From Myxococcota bacterium (GTDB taxonomy: Bacteria; Myxococcota_A; UBA796; CAJQPC01): a stretch of 64,000 nucleotides of DNA. Below, one piece after another: positions 18,628-27,830 of the stretch. The translations under genes and the position numbers were made by a program. Positions within the stretch are counted from its first letter, which is position 1, and every line of letters starts with the position of its first letter. The stretch is from positions 32,001-96,000 of the forward strand of contig JAZAMN010000071.1 of the NCBI GenBank assembly GCA_036229005.1, given 5' to 3'. The notes below the pieces were generated by a model. The model was not told where the DNA came from and ran no database searches. It saw only the letters and a list, made by a program, of their open reading frames with translations.

Positions 18628-20442
18628 TCAGGCCGACTGGCGCTCCCCGCCCCAGCGACCCAGCTCCGCGCGCAGCTTCTCCATGGAGACCGGCTTGGCC
18701 AGGATCGCGTCCATGCCCGATGACCAGCACGCCTCCTGCTCCTCGGGGGTCAGCCCGGCGGTGAGGGCCACGATCGGGAGCGCGGGCTGGCTCTTGTGCA
18801 GCCGCCGCGTGGCCTCGTAGCCATCCATCTCGGGCATGTGGCAGTCCATGAGCACCAGATCGAACTGCGAGCGGCCCGCCCGCTCCAGGGCCTGCCGGCC
18901 GTGCTCGGCGACCTCGGAGTCCACCCCGAGCTGCTTGAGCATGCGCTGGACCACCATCACGTTGACCGGGTTGTCGTCCACCACCAACACCCGCGCCGGG
19001 AGCGCCACGCTGTCCGTCACCACCCGCACCGGCGAGGCCGCCGCCGCGATCGGCGCCGGGATCTCAAAGGAGAAGCAGCTCCCCACCCCCAGCGTGGACT
19101 GCAGCTCCAGGCGGCCCCCCATCAGATCCAGCAGCCGCTTGCAGATGGCCAGCCCCAGCCCCGTCCCCCCAAAGCGCCGGGAGGTCCCCATCTCCCCCTG
19201 CACAAAGGGCTCGAACAGCGCCCTCTGGGCCTCCTCCGAGATGCCGATGCCCGAGTCCCGGACCTCGACGCGCAGCCGATCTTGGGCCCACAGCGCCGTG
19301 ACCGAGACCTCCCCCTGCCGGGTGAACTTCACCGCGTTCCCGACCAGGTTCAGCAGCACCTGCCGGATGCGCTGGGGGTCCCCCTTGAGCTGCTTGGGCA
19401 GCGCCACCCCCTCCACCCGCAGCGTCACCTGGTCGCTCTTGAGCGCCCCCCGCATCAGCGCCCCCACGCCCTGCAGCAGCTCCTCCGGCGAGTAGGCGAT
19501 GTGCTCCAGCTCCATCCGGCCCGCGTCCAGCTTGGCCATGTCGAGGATGTCGTTGAGCACCCCCAGCAGTCCCTCACCGCTCTCCCGGATGACCCTCACC
19601 ATCTGGTACTGCTCTGCGTCCAGCGAGGTCTCCCCGAGCAGCTCCGCCATGCCCAGCACCGCGTTCAGCGGCGTCCGCACCTCGTGGGACATGGTCGCCA
19701 TGAACTCCTTGCGGGCCTTGAGCGCGAGCTGCGTGCGCTCCAGCAGCGCGGCGTTCTCCCGCTCCCGGGTCAGCAGCAGCTCCTGCTCTTGGGCCATCTT
19801 GACCAGGGAGCGCTCCAGGAGCTGGCTCGCGGGCCTGAAGATCAACAGCGCCTCCAGCGCCAGCAGCCCCAGGGTGAGCGCCAGCAGCCCCGCCTCCCCC
19901 CGACGCAGAGCCTCGGTCCGGGCCTCGCTCGCCTGCACGTTCAGCAGGACCGCCTGGTGCAGATCCGGGAGCAGGCTCCCCGCCGTGCTGCGGTTCAGCC
20001 GCTCCAGCGCGGCCGGATCCGAGGGCACCGCCGCCACGGCCCGCGCGTCGTCCAGGAAGGTCTCCACGTGGCGGTCCAGGGCCGCGGGCCCAAAGTAGAG
20101 GCGGTCCAGCTCGCTTCCCTGTTCCACCGCCGGCCACTCGCGGGCCGGGTCTCCGTACACCAACCCGTGGTGGTTGTAGTCCATCTCCCGGATGGCCCGC
20201 TGCAGCTCCTCCCGCGCCCGCTGCACCTCGCCGGGCCTCTGGCCCTGCACCACCAGGTTGGCCAGCGCCGGGATGCGCTGCGAGAGCATGCGTTGCCGGC
20301 CGGCCTCGTTGATCCGGGAGGCGTCGGCCTGCTGCAGGTGCAGCAGGTAGTTCAGCCCGATGAAGGCCGCGATGGCGAGCACAGCGACCAGGCCCAGAGC
20401 GAGCCGGTAGCGCGCGCGCAGCGAGTGCACTGGGGTCAACAT
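18628..20442 (-). CDS. Hybrid histidine kinase with NarX/PilJ-type periplasmic sensor (P-box)
   Basis: TM helix then INEAGRQRMLSQR (P-box-like), second TM, MSHEVRTPLNA, GNAVKFT, GTGLGL, receiver LMDCHMP. Confidence 0.88.
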   Translation of the reverse strand: MLTPVHSLRARYRLALGLVAVLAIAAFIGLNYLLHLQQADASRINEAGRQRMLSQRIPALANLVVQGQRPGEVQRAREELQRAIREMDYNHHGLVYGDPAREWPAVEQGSELDRLYFGPAALDRHVETFLDDARAVAAVPSDPAALERLNRSTAGSLLPDLHQAVLLNVQASEARTEALRRGEAGLLALTLGLLALEALLIFRPASQLLERSLVKMAQEQELLLTRERENAALLERTQLALKARKEFMATMSHEVRTPLNAVLGMAELLGETSLDAEQYQMVRVIRESGEGLLGVLNDILDMAKLDAGRMELEHIAYSPEELLQGVGALMRGALKSDQVTLRVEGVALPKQLKGDPQRIRQVLLNLVGNAVKFTRQGEVSVTALWAQDRLRVEVRDSGIGISEEAQRALFEPFVQGEMGTSRRFGGTGLGLAICKRLLDLMGGRLELQSTLGVGSCFSFEIPAPIAAAASPVRVVTDSVALPARVLVVDDNPVNVMVVQRMLKQLGVDSEVAEHGRQALERAGRSQFDLVLMDCHMPEMDGYEATRRLHKSQPALPIVALTAGLTPEEQEACWSSGMDAILAKPVSMEKLRAELGRWGGERQSA

Positions 20443-20583
20443 GGTGGGGTCCGTCACCCGCAGTTCTACGGGAGGCGATCGCGCGCTCTGGACGCTTTCT
20501 GCGGCCAGAGAGAGCCGCCCGCGCAGAGGCAAGAGCCCGCCCGCTGCCAACAACCAGCGGTATCCACGCGATCACGCCGACTC

Positions 20584-20919
20584 TCAGGGGGTCAGGACCA
20601 GCTCAAGCACCGCTGAAGGCCGCGCCCCGTACTCCCGCACGGTGGCGTCTTCATCCAACACGAGCACCCAGCCCTCGGCGTACGCAGGGTCCAGCTCCTG
20701 CCGCCGGATCCGGTCCGCGGTCTCCTTGGCCTTGCGGCCGTCCGGGTCCACCACCGCCACGGCCCCCTGCCAGCTTGTCTGCTGGTGCACCAGGCGGCCC
20801 CCGTCCAGGGTCAGCGTCGCCCAAGACTGCTCGGCGTACTTGGGGTGCGGGAGCTGCACCTGACAGGGGGTGCGGCAGTTCTGGCCCGGGGTGCAGGCCA
20901 GCGCGAGCAGCAGAAGCAC
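20584..20919 (-). CDS. Small hypothetical lipoprotein
   Basis: GGAGG RBS, GTG start, (M)LLLLALAC lipobox. Confidence 0.5.
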   Translation of the reverse strand: MLLLLALACTPGQNCRTPCQVQLPHPKYAEQSWATLTLDGGRLVHQQTSWQGAVAVVDPDGRKAKETADRIRRQELDPAYAEGWVLVLDEDATVREYGARPSAVLELVLTP

Positions 20920-20986
20920 GGGGTCCTCCCGACGAACGGCGGCTCCTCTATCCCAGGGCCCCCGTCTCCACGACCCCAGGCCGGCT

Positions 20987-22987
20987 TCACGGCCCCGCCT
21001 GCACGACCGCGCCCGTGCGCACCGCCTGCTCGGGGACCTGGACCGCAAAGACCTGCCCCCCGACCTGCAAGGCTGCGGTCGGCGCCGTGGTGACCTCGCC
21101 GATGGATCCGGTGGCGTAGGGCACGCGCAGAGACCAGGTCCCGTCGGGGTGGACCTGGGTGAAAGCACGCCACGGCCACCGCTCCTCCCCCCAGGCCAGC
21201 TCCTGCAGGTAGCCGACCTTCTGCCCCGGCTGTCCGTGGCCCTGGAGCACCGCGCCCGGCACCCGCTCGTAGACCCAGGCCCCAGGCAGACCCGGAGCCC
21301 GTAGATCCTGCGCCTGCGCGGCGAACACCAGCCGCAGCCCGTCCACATGCCCGGCCCCCTCTGCGCTGCTTCCGGCCTGCAGGAGCGGGTGCCCGGGGGG
21401 GAGCTCGTGGGACTCGACCAGCAGGTAGCGGTAGGGGCCGCCGTCCATCAGCGCCAAGAGCTCGGGGACGCCGCCCGCGTACATGTCCTGGGTGGCCTGC
21501 CAGCGCTCGACCCCGCCCGCGTAGCTCCCAAAGTGACCGATCGCGGCGGGCTTTTGGCCGATCACCGTGATCCAGTGCCCGTGGTCCCAGAGCCCCAGCA
21601 CGCCGTACTCCGGGGCCTGGGGGTCCACCGGGGGCGTCCCGCGGGCCAGGAAGTGGTAGGCCTCGAAGCTCCAGGGGACCTGGTACTGGCGCGCCTTGGG
21701 GCGCAGGTAGAAGAAGCTCAGGGCGTTGGGGCTGAACAGCAGCAGGCTGAGGCTCGCCAGGGGCAGGAAGCGATGGAGGGAGGGCTTGACGGCGCGTCCC
21801 AGGGCTGCGGCCAACACCCACGCAAGCAGGGGGGCAAAGCTCCAACCAAAGCGGTTCTGGATGCAGGCGAGGACACCGGCTCCCAGGCTGGCCAGCAGCA
21901 ATCCCAGGTGCTCACGTCCCGCCTTGTACGCCAAAAATCCCCACGCAAACGGGAAGGCGTAGAGCCCCCAGCCCAGCATGCGCGCGGGCTGCACCCAGGG
22001 CTGTTGGCTGTGGGAGAACAGGGGCTGCATCTCGGGGATGGAGGCCAGCCAGGGGTCGCCGGTCAGCAGCCACTCCCGCAGCCCGGTCCAGACGAAAGGA
22101 CCCAGCGCCACGCTCCCCACCACGAGGGCGATTCCGCCCCCGCCCAGCAGCAGCCGCCGACGCTCCGGGAGGGTGCGCAGCGCCACCGCCCAGGCCACCG
22201 CCGCCGCCCCCGCGAGCAGCGCCGTGGGGTGGAACGCCGACATCTGCGCGTAGGTGAAGGGTGTGCCCTGGGCGATGCCCATGGCCGTCGCTATCGGGAA
22301 CACCAGCGCGCTGCCCAGAAGCATCCCGCGCACCGGCGCCCAGTCGCCATCCAGCACCGCCCGCAGCCCCAGCGCCGCCATGCCCAGGCCCGCATAGAGC
22401 AGGCCGCCCACCCAGCCCAGGCAGGCCATGGCCAGGCCCCCGGCGACCTCCCAGGGGCGCACCTTGGGGCGCAGCGCCGCCACCGTCAGCCAGAGCAGCG
22501 CGAAGCCCTCCACCGCGTTGTGGTCCAGGCGCGCGAACTGCGTGGCCGCGACGTGCTGGGGGGTGCCCGCGAGCAGCAGCCCGGCCAGCAGCGCCACCCA
22601 GGCTCCGCCGCGCTCCCGGGCCGCCGAGAGCAGCAGCGCGACCGCCCCCACCCCGGCGACCAGGGGGGCCAGCGCCACCGTGAATTCGCCGAGGCCGAAG
22701 GGGCGGCCCAGCGCCATCCACAAGGCCAGCCAGGCGTCCCACCCCGGCGCCCAAGGCACCGGCGCCCCCTCGGGGAAGCCCAGGAAGGGATCCTGCACCG
22801 ACGGGATCCCGTAGGGGGGCGAGAAGAAGCTCGCTGCGCGCCGCAGGTGGTAGGCAGAGTCGGCGTCGGCGGGGACCAATCTCCCCGCGGCAAAGTGCGC
22901 GGCGGGGCTGGCCAGCCGGACCGCAGCGGCCAAGGTGAGCACCGCCCCACAGAGCAGGGGCCATCGCTGGGGCGGGGTCGGAGGCAT
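20987..22987 (-). CDS. STT3/AglB/PglB-family oligosaccharyltransferase (archaeal AglB-like)
   Basis: DADSAYHLRR (EL1 acidic motif), D.FL.FPEG..V.W.PG.D, LDHNAVE, SIPEMQPL (TIxE-like), QNRF, WDHGHWI (WWDxG), C-terminal DGTWSLRVPYAT; many TM helices. Confidence 0.82.
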   Translation of the reverse strand: MPPTPPQRWPLLCGAVLTLAAAVRLASPAAHFAAGRLVPADADSAYHLRRAASFFSPPYGIPSVQDPFLGFPEGAPVPWAPGWDAWLALWMALGRPFGLGEFTVALAPLVAGVGAVALLLSAARERGGAWVALLAGLLLAGTPQHVAATQFARLDHNAVEGFALLWLTVAALRPKVRPWEVAGGLAMACLGWVGGLLYAGLGMAALGLRAVLDGDWAPVRGMLLGSALVFPIATAMGIAQGTPFTYAQMSAFHPTALLAGAAAVAWAVALRTLPERRRLLLGGGGIALVVGSVALGPFVWTGLREWLLTGDPWLASIPEMQPLFSHSQQPWVQPARMLGWGLYAFPFAWGFLAYKAGREHLGLLLASLGAGVLACIQNRFGWSFAPLLAWVLAAALGRAVKPSLHRFLPLASLSLLLFSPNALSFFYLRPKARQYQVPWSFEAYHFLARGTPPVDPQAPEYGVLGLWDHGHWITVIGQKPAAIGHFGSYAGGVERWQATQDMYAGGVPELLALMDGGPYRYLLVESHELPPGHPLLQAGSSAEGAGHVDGLRLVFAAQAQDLRAPGLPGAWVYERVPGAVLQGHGQPGQKVGYLQELAWGEERWPWRAFTQVHPDGTWSLRVPYATGSIGEVTTAPTAALQVGGQVFAVQVPEQAVRTGAVVQAGP

Positions 22988-23020
22988 CGGCGTGGCATCA
23001 TACGCGCCGTGCACCCCCCC

Positions 23021-23728
23021 ATGACCGATCCCCTCCTCTCGGTGGTCATCCCCGTCTACAACGAGGCCGCCACCCTGCGCGAGCTCGTGGAGCGCGTGGC
23101 CGACACCCCCTACCGCCTGCAGATCATCTGCGTGGACGACGGCAGCAGCGACGGGAGCTGGGAGATCCTGCAGCAGCTCCAGGACGAGCTGCCCATGCTG
23201 GAGGCCCACCGCCAGCCCGAGAACGCCGGCAAGGGCGCTGCGCTGCGGGCGGGCTTCTCCCACGCCCAGGGCGACCTGGTGCTCATCCAGGACGCCGACC
23301 TGGAGTACGACCCCGTGGACTACCCCGTGCTCCTGGAGCCGCTGCTGGACGGCCGCGCGGATGTGTGCTTTGGAAGCCGCTTTCTTGGCGGCCCACACCG
23401 CGTGCTCAACTTCCACCACTACCTGGGCAACCGGGCGCTGACGGCCCTGAGCAACCTGGCCACCAACCTGAACCTGACGGACATGGAGACCTGCTACAAG
23501 GTCTTCCGCCGCGAGGTGCTGGACGGCATGGTGCTCACCGAAGACCGCTTCGGCTTCGAGCCCGAGTTCACCGCCCGCGTCGCGGCCGGGGGCTTCGCCG
23601 TCTACGAGGTCCCCATCTCCTACTCGGGCCGCACCTACGACGAGGGCAAGAAGATCACCTGGAAGGACGGCGTGCGCGCTCTGCGGGTGATTGTCTCCAC
23701 CCAGGTCCGGCTGCGCCTGGGGCGCTGA
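23021..23728 (+). CDS. GT2 glycosyltransferase, polyprenol-phosphate glycosyltransferase (DPM1-like)
   Basis: LSVVIPVYNE, VDDGSSDGS, NAGKGAAL..GF, IQDADLEYDP, GSRF, TDMETCYK, FGFEPE, EVPISY.GR...EGKKI.W.DG. Confidence 0.92.
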   Translation: MTDPLLSVVIPVYNEAATLRELVERVADTPYRLQIICVDDGSSDGSWEILQQLQDELPMLEAHRQPENAGKGAALRAGFSHAQGDLVLIQDADLEYDPVDYPVLLEPLLDGRADVCFGSRFLGGPHRVLNFHHYLGNRALTALSNLATNLNLTDMETCYKVFRREVLDGMVLTEDRFGFEPEFTARVAAGGFAVYEVPISYSGRTYDEGKKITWKDGVRALRVIVSTQVRLRLGR

Positions 23729-23808
23729 ACCCCCGCCCGGCTGGGCCCTGGCCTGTAAAAGAGAGGGCTGACCCCCTATACTCCCCCGGTTCCCCGCCCG
23801 GAGAGTGA

Positions 23809-26241
23809 ATGCACCTGCTCGCGCCGCTGCTGCTGGCCGCCCCCGCCTTCGCCCAGGAGACCGCCCCAGAGGCGCCCGCTCCCGAGGCCACCCAGGCCGC
23901 CGAGGCGCCACCCCCTGAGGCCCCCGCCTCCTTCGGGGACCGCGCAGACGCCGCCTTCGGCAAGTGGGTCGTGGGCCCCCTCGCGAGCGTGATGTTCTTC
24001 GACCTCTACCGGGGCGACGAGACCCTGGACGTGGACCCCAAGCACGTCGGCAAGGTCGTGGATGGGCGCCAGATCCTGGGCATCGAGGGCGAGCACTTCG
24101 TCCTGGCCCCCGTGGTCGAGCTGGAGCTCCCCCAGGCCTTCCCCATGTACCCGGAGCTCGAACTCCAGGGCGACGGCCCCGCCCGCTGGGGCTACCTCTC
24201 CCGCGAGGCCGACCACGTCCCCTACACCCTGCTGGTGGTCCAGGAGACCGAGATCTCCGCGGAGCAGGCCGGCGAGCTGGTCCCCCTGTCGGCGTTCGAC
24301 GGCGCCCTCAAGGCAGAGCCGCGGCTGAGTGATGAAGACGCACACTTCGTCTCCACCGCTCTGGCCCCCTTCCCCCTCGTGCTCGCCCAGACCCGCTCCA
24401 CCAGCGAGGACACCGGTGCGGAGACCAGCCCGGACACCGTGGACCCCAGCCGCCCCCTGCGGGTGCTCCCCCTGGAGCTCCCCGCCCCCGAGCAGCGCCC
24501 GGAGCTGTCCATCGGCGGCAGCATCCTCACCCTCCAGGGCCCCGCCAAGGTCCTGAGCATCGACGGCGACCAGGTCATCGCCCAGACCGGCCCCGCCGCC
24601 GTCGAGACCGAGCCCGTCGCCAACACCCGCGCCATCACCCTGCCGGTGGTCGTGGTCTGGCTGGTGCTGGGCGCCATCTTCTTCACCCTGCGCATGAACT
24701 TCATCAACCTGCGCGGCGTGGGGCACGCCATCTCCGTCACCAAGGGCGACTACGACAACGAGGAGGATGAGGGCGAGATCTCCCACTTCCAGGCCCTCAG
24801 CTCCGCCCTGTCCGCCACCGTCGGCCTGGGCAACATCGCCGGCGTGGCCGTGGCCGTGGCCGCCGGCGGTCCCGGCGCCATCTTCTGGATGATCGTGGCC
24901 GGCTTCCTGGGCATGTCCAGCAAGTTCGCCGAGTGCACCCTGGGCCAGATGTACCGGGTGACCGACGCCAACGGGAACGTCAGCGGCGGCCCCATGCGCT
25001 ACCTGAGCGCCGGCCTGCAGGAGAAGGGCATGGGGGGCCTGGGCAAGGTCCTGGCCGTGATGTTCGCGCTGATGTGCGTGGGCGGCAGCTTCGGCGGCGG
25101 CAACATGTTCCAGTCCAACCAGAGCTACCAGGCCGTGGCCGACGTGGTCCCCGTGCTGGCCCCCAAGGCCGAGGGCGAGGTCCGCTTCGAGCGCACCCGC
25201 GCCGAGGTCGATGTGGTCGTGCCCAAGAAGACCGCCCTGACGGTCGGCGACCACAGCTACGTGACCCTCAAGGAGGTCACCGTCCCCGCCGGCGAGCTCA
25301 GCTCTCCCCCCGTCAAGGTCCGGGCCCTCCAGGCCAGCGAGGCCAGCAACCTGGCCGACGGCGCCGCGCTCTCCGTGAGCGTCGTGGGCGTCAGCGGCGC
25401 GGTGGCCACCGGCGAGATCGACGGCGGGGCCGCTCCCCGCGCCTGGCTCTACGGCCTGATCATCAGCTTCGTGGTCGGCCTGGTCATCATCGGCGGCATC
25501 AAGTCCATCGGCAAGGTCGCGGGCGTCATCGTGCCCGTGATGACCGGCGTCTACGTGCTGGCGGCCATCTGGATCCTGGTGGCCAACGCCGACCAGATCG
25601 GAGCCGCCTTCGGCACCATCGTGGGCGGCGCCTTCACCATGAAGGCCGGCTTCGGCGGCCTGCTGGGCACCCTGATCCAGGGCTTCCGCCGCGCCGCCTT
25701 CTCCAACGAGGCCGGCGTGGGCTCCGCGTCCATCGCCCACTCGGCGGCCAGCACCGACGAGCCCGTACGCGAGGGCATCGTCGCCCTGCTCGAGCCCCTG
25801 ATCGACACCATCATCGTGTGCACCATGACCGGCCTGGTGGTGGTCATCACCGGGGTCTACGAGTCGGACGTGGGCGACGGCGTGCTGATGACCTCGGCGG
25901 CGTTCGAGAGTGTCCTGGACTGGTTCCCGCTCATCCTGTCCCTGGCGGTGGTCCTGTTCGCGTTCAGCACCATGATCAGCTGGTCCTACTACGGAGAGCG
26001 GAGCTGGACCTTCCTCTTTGGGGCGCGCAGCTCCATGGTCTACAAGCTGCTCTTCCTCTTCTTCGCCTTCCTGGGCTCGGTCATCAAGCTGCAGTCCGTG
26101 CTGGACTTCTCGGACCTGATGATCCTGGGCATGGCCTTCCCCAACATCCTGGGCGTCGCCCTGCTCTCCGGCAAGGTCCGGGCCGCCCTGGACGACTACT
26201 GGGGCCGCCTCAAGCGCGGCGAGATGAAGCCGGTGAACTGA
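23809..26241 (+). CDS. Alanine/glycine:cation symporter (AGCS/AlsT family) with large N-terminal extension and internal beta-rich insert
   Basis: ISHFQALSSALSATVGLGNIAGVA, GGPGAIFWM, KFAECTL, GGPM.Y, GN..Q.N, RAAFSNEAG.GS, FAFSTMISWSYYG, PN. Confidence 0.92.
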   Translation: MHLLAPLLLAAPAFAQETAPEAPAPEATQAAEAPPPEAPASFGDRADAAFGKWVVGPLASVMFFDLYRGDETLDVDPKHVGKVVDGRQILGIEGEHFVLAPVVELELPQAFPMYPELELQGDGPARWGYLSREADHVPYTLLVVQETEISAEQAGELVPLSAFDGALKAEPRLSDEDAHFVSTALAPFPLVLAQTRSTSEDTGAETSPDTVDPSRPLRVLPLELPAPEQRPELSIGGSILTLQGPAKVLSIDGDQVIAQTGPAAVETEPVANTRAITLPVVVVWLVLGAIFFTLRMNFINLRGVGHAISVTKGDYDNEEDEGEISHFQALSSALSATVGLGNIAGVAVAVAAGGPGAIFWMIVAGFLGMSSKFAECTLGQMYRVTDANGNVSGGPMRYLSAGLQEKGMGGLGKVLAVMFALMCVGGSFGGGNMFQSNQSYQAVADVVPVLAPKAEGEVRFERTRAEVDVVVPKKTALTVGDHSYVTLKEVTVPAGELSSPPVKVRALQASEASNLADGAALSVSVVGVSGAVATGEIDGGAAPRAWLYGLIISFVVGLVIIGGIKSIGKVAGVIVPVMTGVYVLAAIWILVANADQIGAAFGTIVGGAFTMKAGFGGLLGTLIQGFRRAAFSNEAGVGSASIAHSAASTDEPVREGIVALLEPLIDTIIVCTMTGLVVVITGVYESDVGDGVLMTSAAFESVLDWFPLILSLAVVLFAFSTMISWSYYGERSWTFLFGARSSMVYKLLFLFFAFLGSVIKLQSVLDFSDLMILGMAFPNILGVALLSGKVRAALDDYWGRLKRGEMKPVN

Positions 26242-27753
26242 GTGGAAGGGACCGTCTGGGCGCTGCTGCCCGCCCTGGCCGCCGTGGCGCTCGCCCTGAG
26301 CACCCGCAACGTCATCCTCAGCCTCTTCTCGGCCTGCTGGCTGGCGGGGGTCCTGCTCACCAAGAGCCTCTTTGGCGGGCTCTACCAGGTGGTGGACCCC
26401 TGGCTGCTGGACGCCATCGCCGACCGCGACCACGTCAAGGTCACCCTCTTCTCGCTCTTCGTGGCCGCCATGGTGGGCATCCTGGGCAAGTCCGGGGGCA
26501 CCACCGCGCTGGTCCAGCAGCTCATCCGCATCGCCACCACCCGGCGCCGGGGCATGGTCGCCACCTGGCTGGCCGGCATGGTCGTGTTCTTTGACGACTA
26601 CGCCAACTGCCTGATCGTGGGCAGCTCCATGCAGGCCCTGTCGGATCGGCTGGGGATCAGCAGAGAGAAGCTCTCCTACCTTGTGGACTCCACCGCTGCG
26701 CCCATCGCGTCGGTCGCGCTCGTCAGCACCTGGATTGGCTACGAGGTCGGGCTGATGGGGGACGGCTTGTTGGCGGCCGGGGTCACGGACGTGGAGCCCT
26801 ACGGCTTCTTCGTGGAGGGCATCCCCTACCGCTTCTACTCGCTGTTCACCATCGTGTTCGTGGGGGCCATCGCCTTCTCCGGCCGGGACTTCGGGCCCAT
26901 GCTGGAGGCCGAGCGCCGCCAGGCCCAGCGCAGCGACAGCGCCGAGCTCCCCGAGCCCGAGCCCGCGTGGAAGGCCCTGCTGGCCGTGGTCCCCATCCTG
27001 ACCCTGCTGGCGGTGACCGGCGTGATCCTGTGGATCGACGGCAGCGCGGGGGCCCCCCAAGGCGCCCGGCTCTTCGAGATCCTGGGCGGCGCGGACGGCT
27101 ACGACGCGATGCTCAAGGGCTCCCTGGCCGGCATGCTGGTCGCCGCCCTGATGGCCCTGGCCACCCGCGCCATGGACCTCAAGGCCACCTTCGACGCCGG
27201 CCTGGAGGGCATGGGCCAGCTCTTCGAGGCCCTGGCCGTGCTCTTCCTGGCCTGGAGCCTGGGCACCGCCATGGGCGAGCTGGAGGCCGCCGCCTTCCTG
27301 GTGGACCTGCTCCAGGGCAGCCTGCCCGCCGCGTGGCTGCCCACCGCCGTGTTCGTCGTGAGCGCCGCGACCGCCTTCGCCACCGGCACCAGCTTCGGCA
27401 CCATGGGCATCGTCATGCCCATCGCCCTGCCCCTGTCCTTCGCCCTCTCGGACGACCCCATCATCGCCCTGGCCGCCAGCGGCGCGGTGCTCTCCGGGGC
27501 CTGCTGGGGCGACCACTGCAGCCCCATCTCGGACACCACCATCCTCTCCAGCGTGGGCGCCGGCTGCGAGGTCGACAAGCACGTCAAGACCCAGCTCCCC
27601 TACGCCATCGCCTCCGGGCTTATCGCGGTGGCCCTGGGCACCATCCCCGTGGGCTTCGGCGTCCCGGTGTGGGTGGTCGTGCCCCTGGGCTGCGTGGCCT
27701 GTGTGGCGCTCGTGCTGCTGGTGGGACGCAAGCCCGCCGCTGCGCGCGCATGA
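26242..27753 (+). CDS. Na+/H+ antiporter NhaC family protein
   Basis: FFDDYAN, ISREKLSYLVDSTAAP, FATGTSFGTMGI, GDHCSPISDTTILSS, HVKTQLPYA. Confidence 0.92.
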   Translation: MEGTVWALLPALAAVALALSTRNVILSLFSACWLAGVLLTKSLFGGLYQVVDPWLLDAIADRDHVKVTLFSLFVAAMVGILGKSGGTTALVQQLIRIATTRRRGMVATWLAGMVVFFDDYANCLIVGSSMQALSDRLGISREKLSYLVDSTAAPIASVALVSTWIGYEVGLMGDGLLAAGVTDVEPYGFFVEGIPYRFYSLFTIVFVGAIAFSGRDFGPMLEAERRQAQRSDSAELPEPEPAWKALLAVVPILTLLAVTGVILWIDGSAGAPQGARLFEILGGADGYDAMLKGSLAGMLVAALMALATRAMDLKATFDAGLEGMGQLFEALAVLFLAWSLGTAMGELEAAAFLVDLLQGSLPAAWLPTAVFVVSAATAFATGTSFGTMGIVMPIALPLSFALSDDPIIALAASGAVLSGACWGDHCSPISDTTILSSVGAGCEVDKHVKTQLPYAIASGLIAVALGTIPVGFGVPVWVVVPLGCVACVALVLLVGRKPAAARA

Positions 27754-27830
27754 GGGGAATCCGCAAGGCCAAACGAAAGATCCAGGCCCCATCGCCGTTG
27801 TAGAGTGGACAGGCACCGGGGACTCCCACC

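Noticed and set aside
25168..25431. Prophage or eCIS locus suggested by the baseplate-like segment
   Set aside because: It is an in-frame insert in a transporter; no sheath, tube, terminase or integrase genes are in the window
23776..27816. 1346-aa minus-strand ORF (likewise 42320..45739, 1302..3683, 29716..31644 and similar)
   Set aside because: Stop-poor shadow frames of well-supported opposite-strand genes in high-GC DNA; no recognisable motifs
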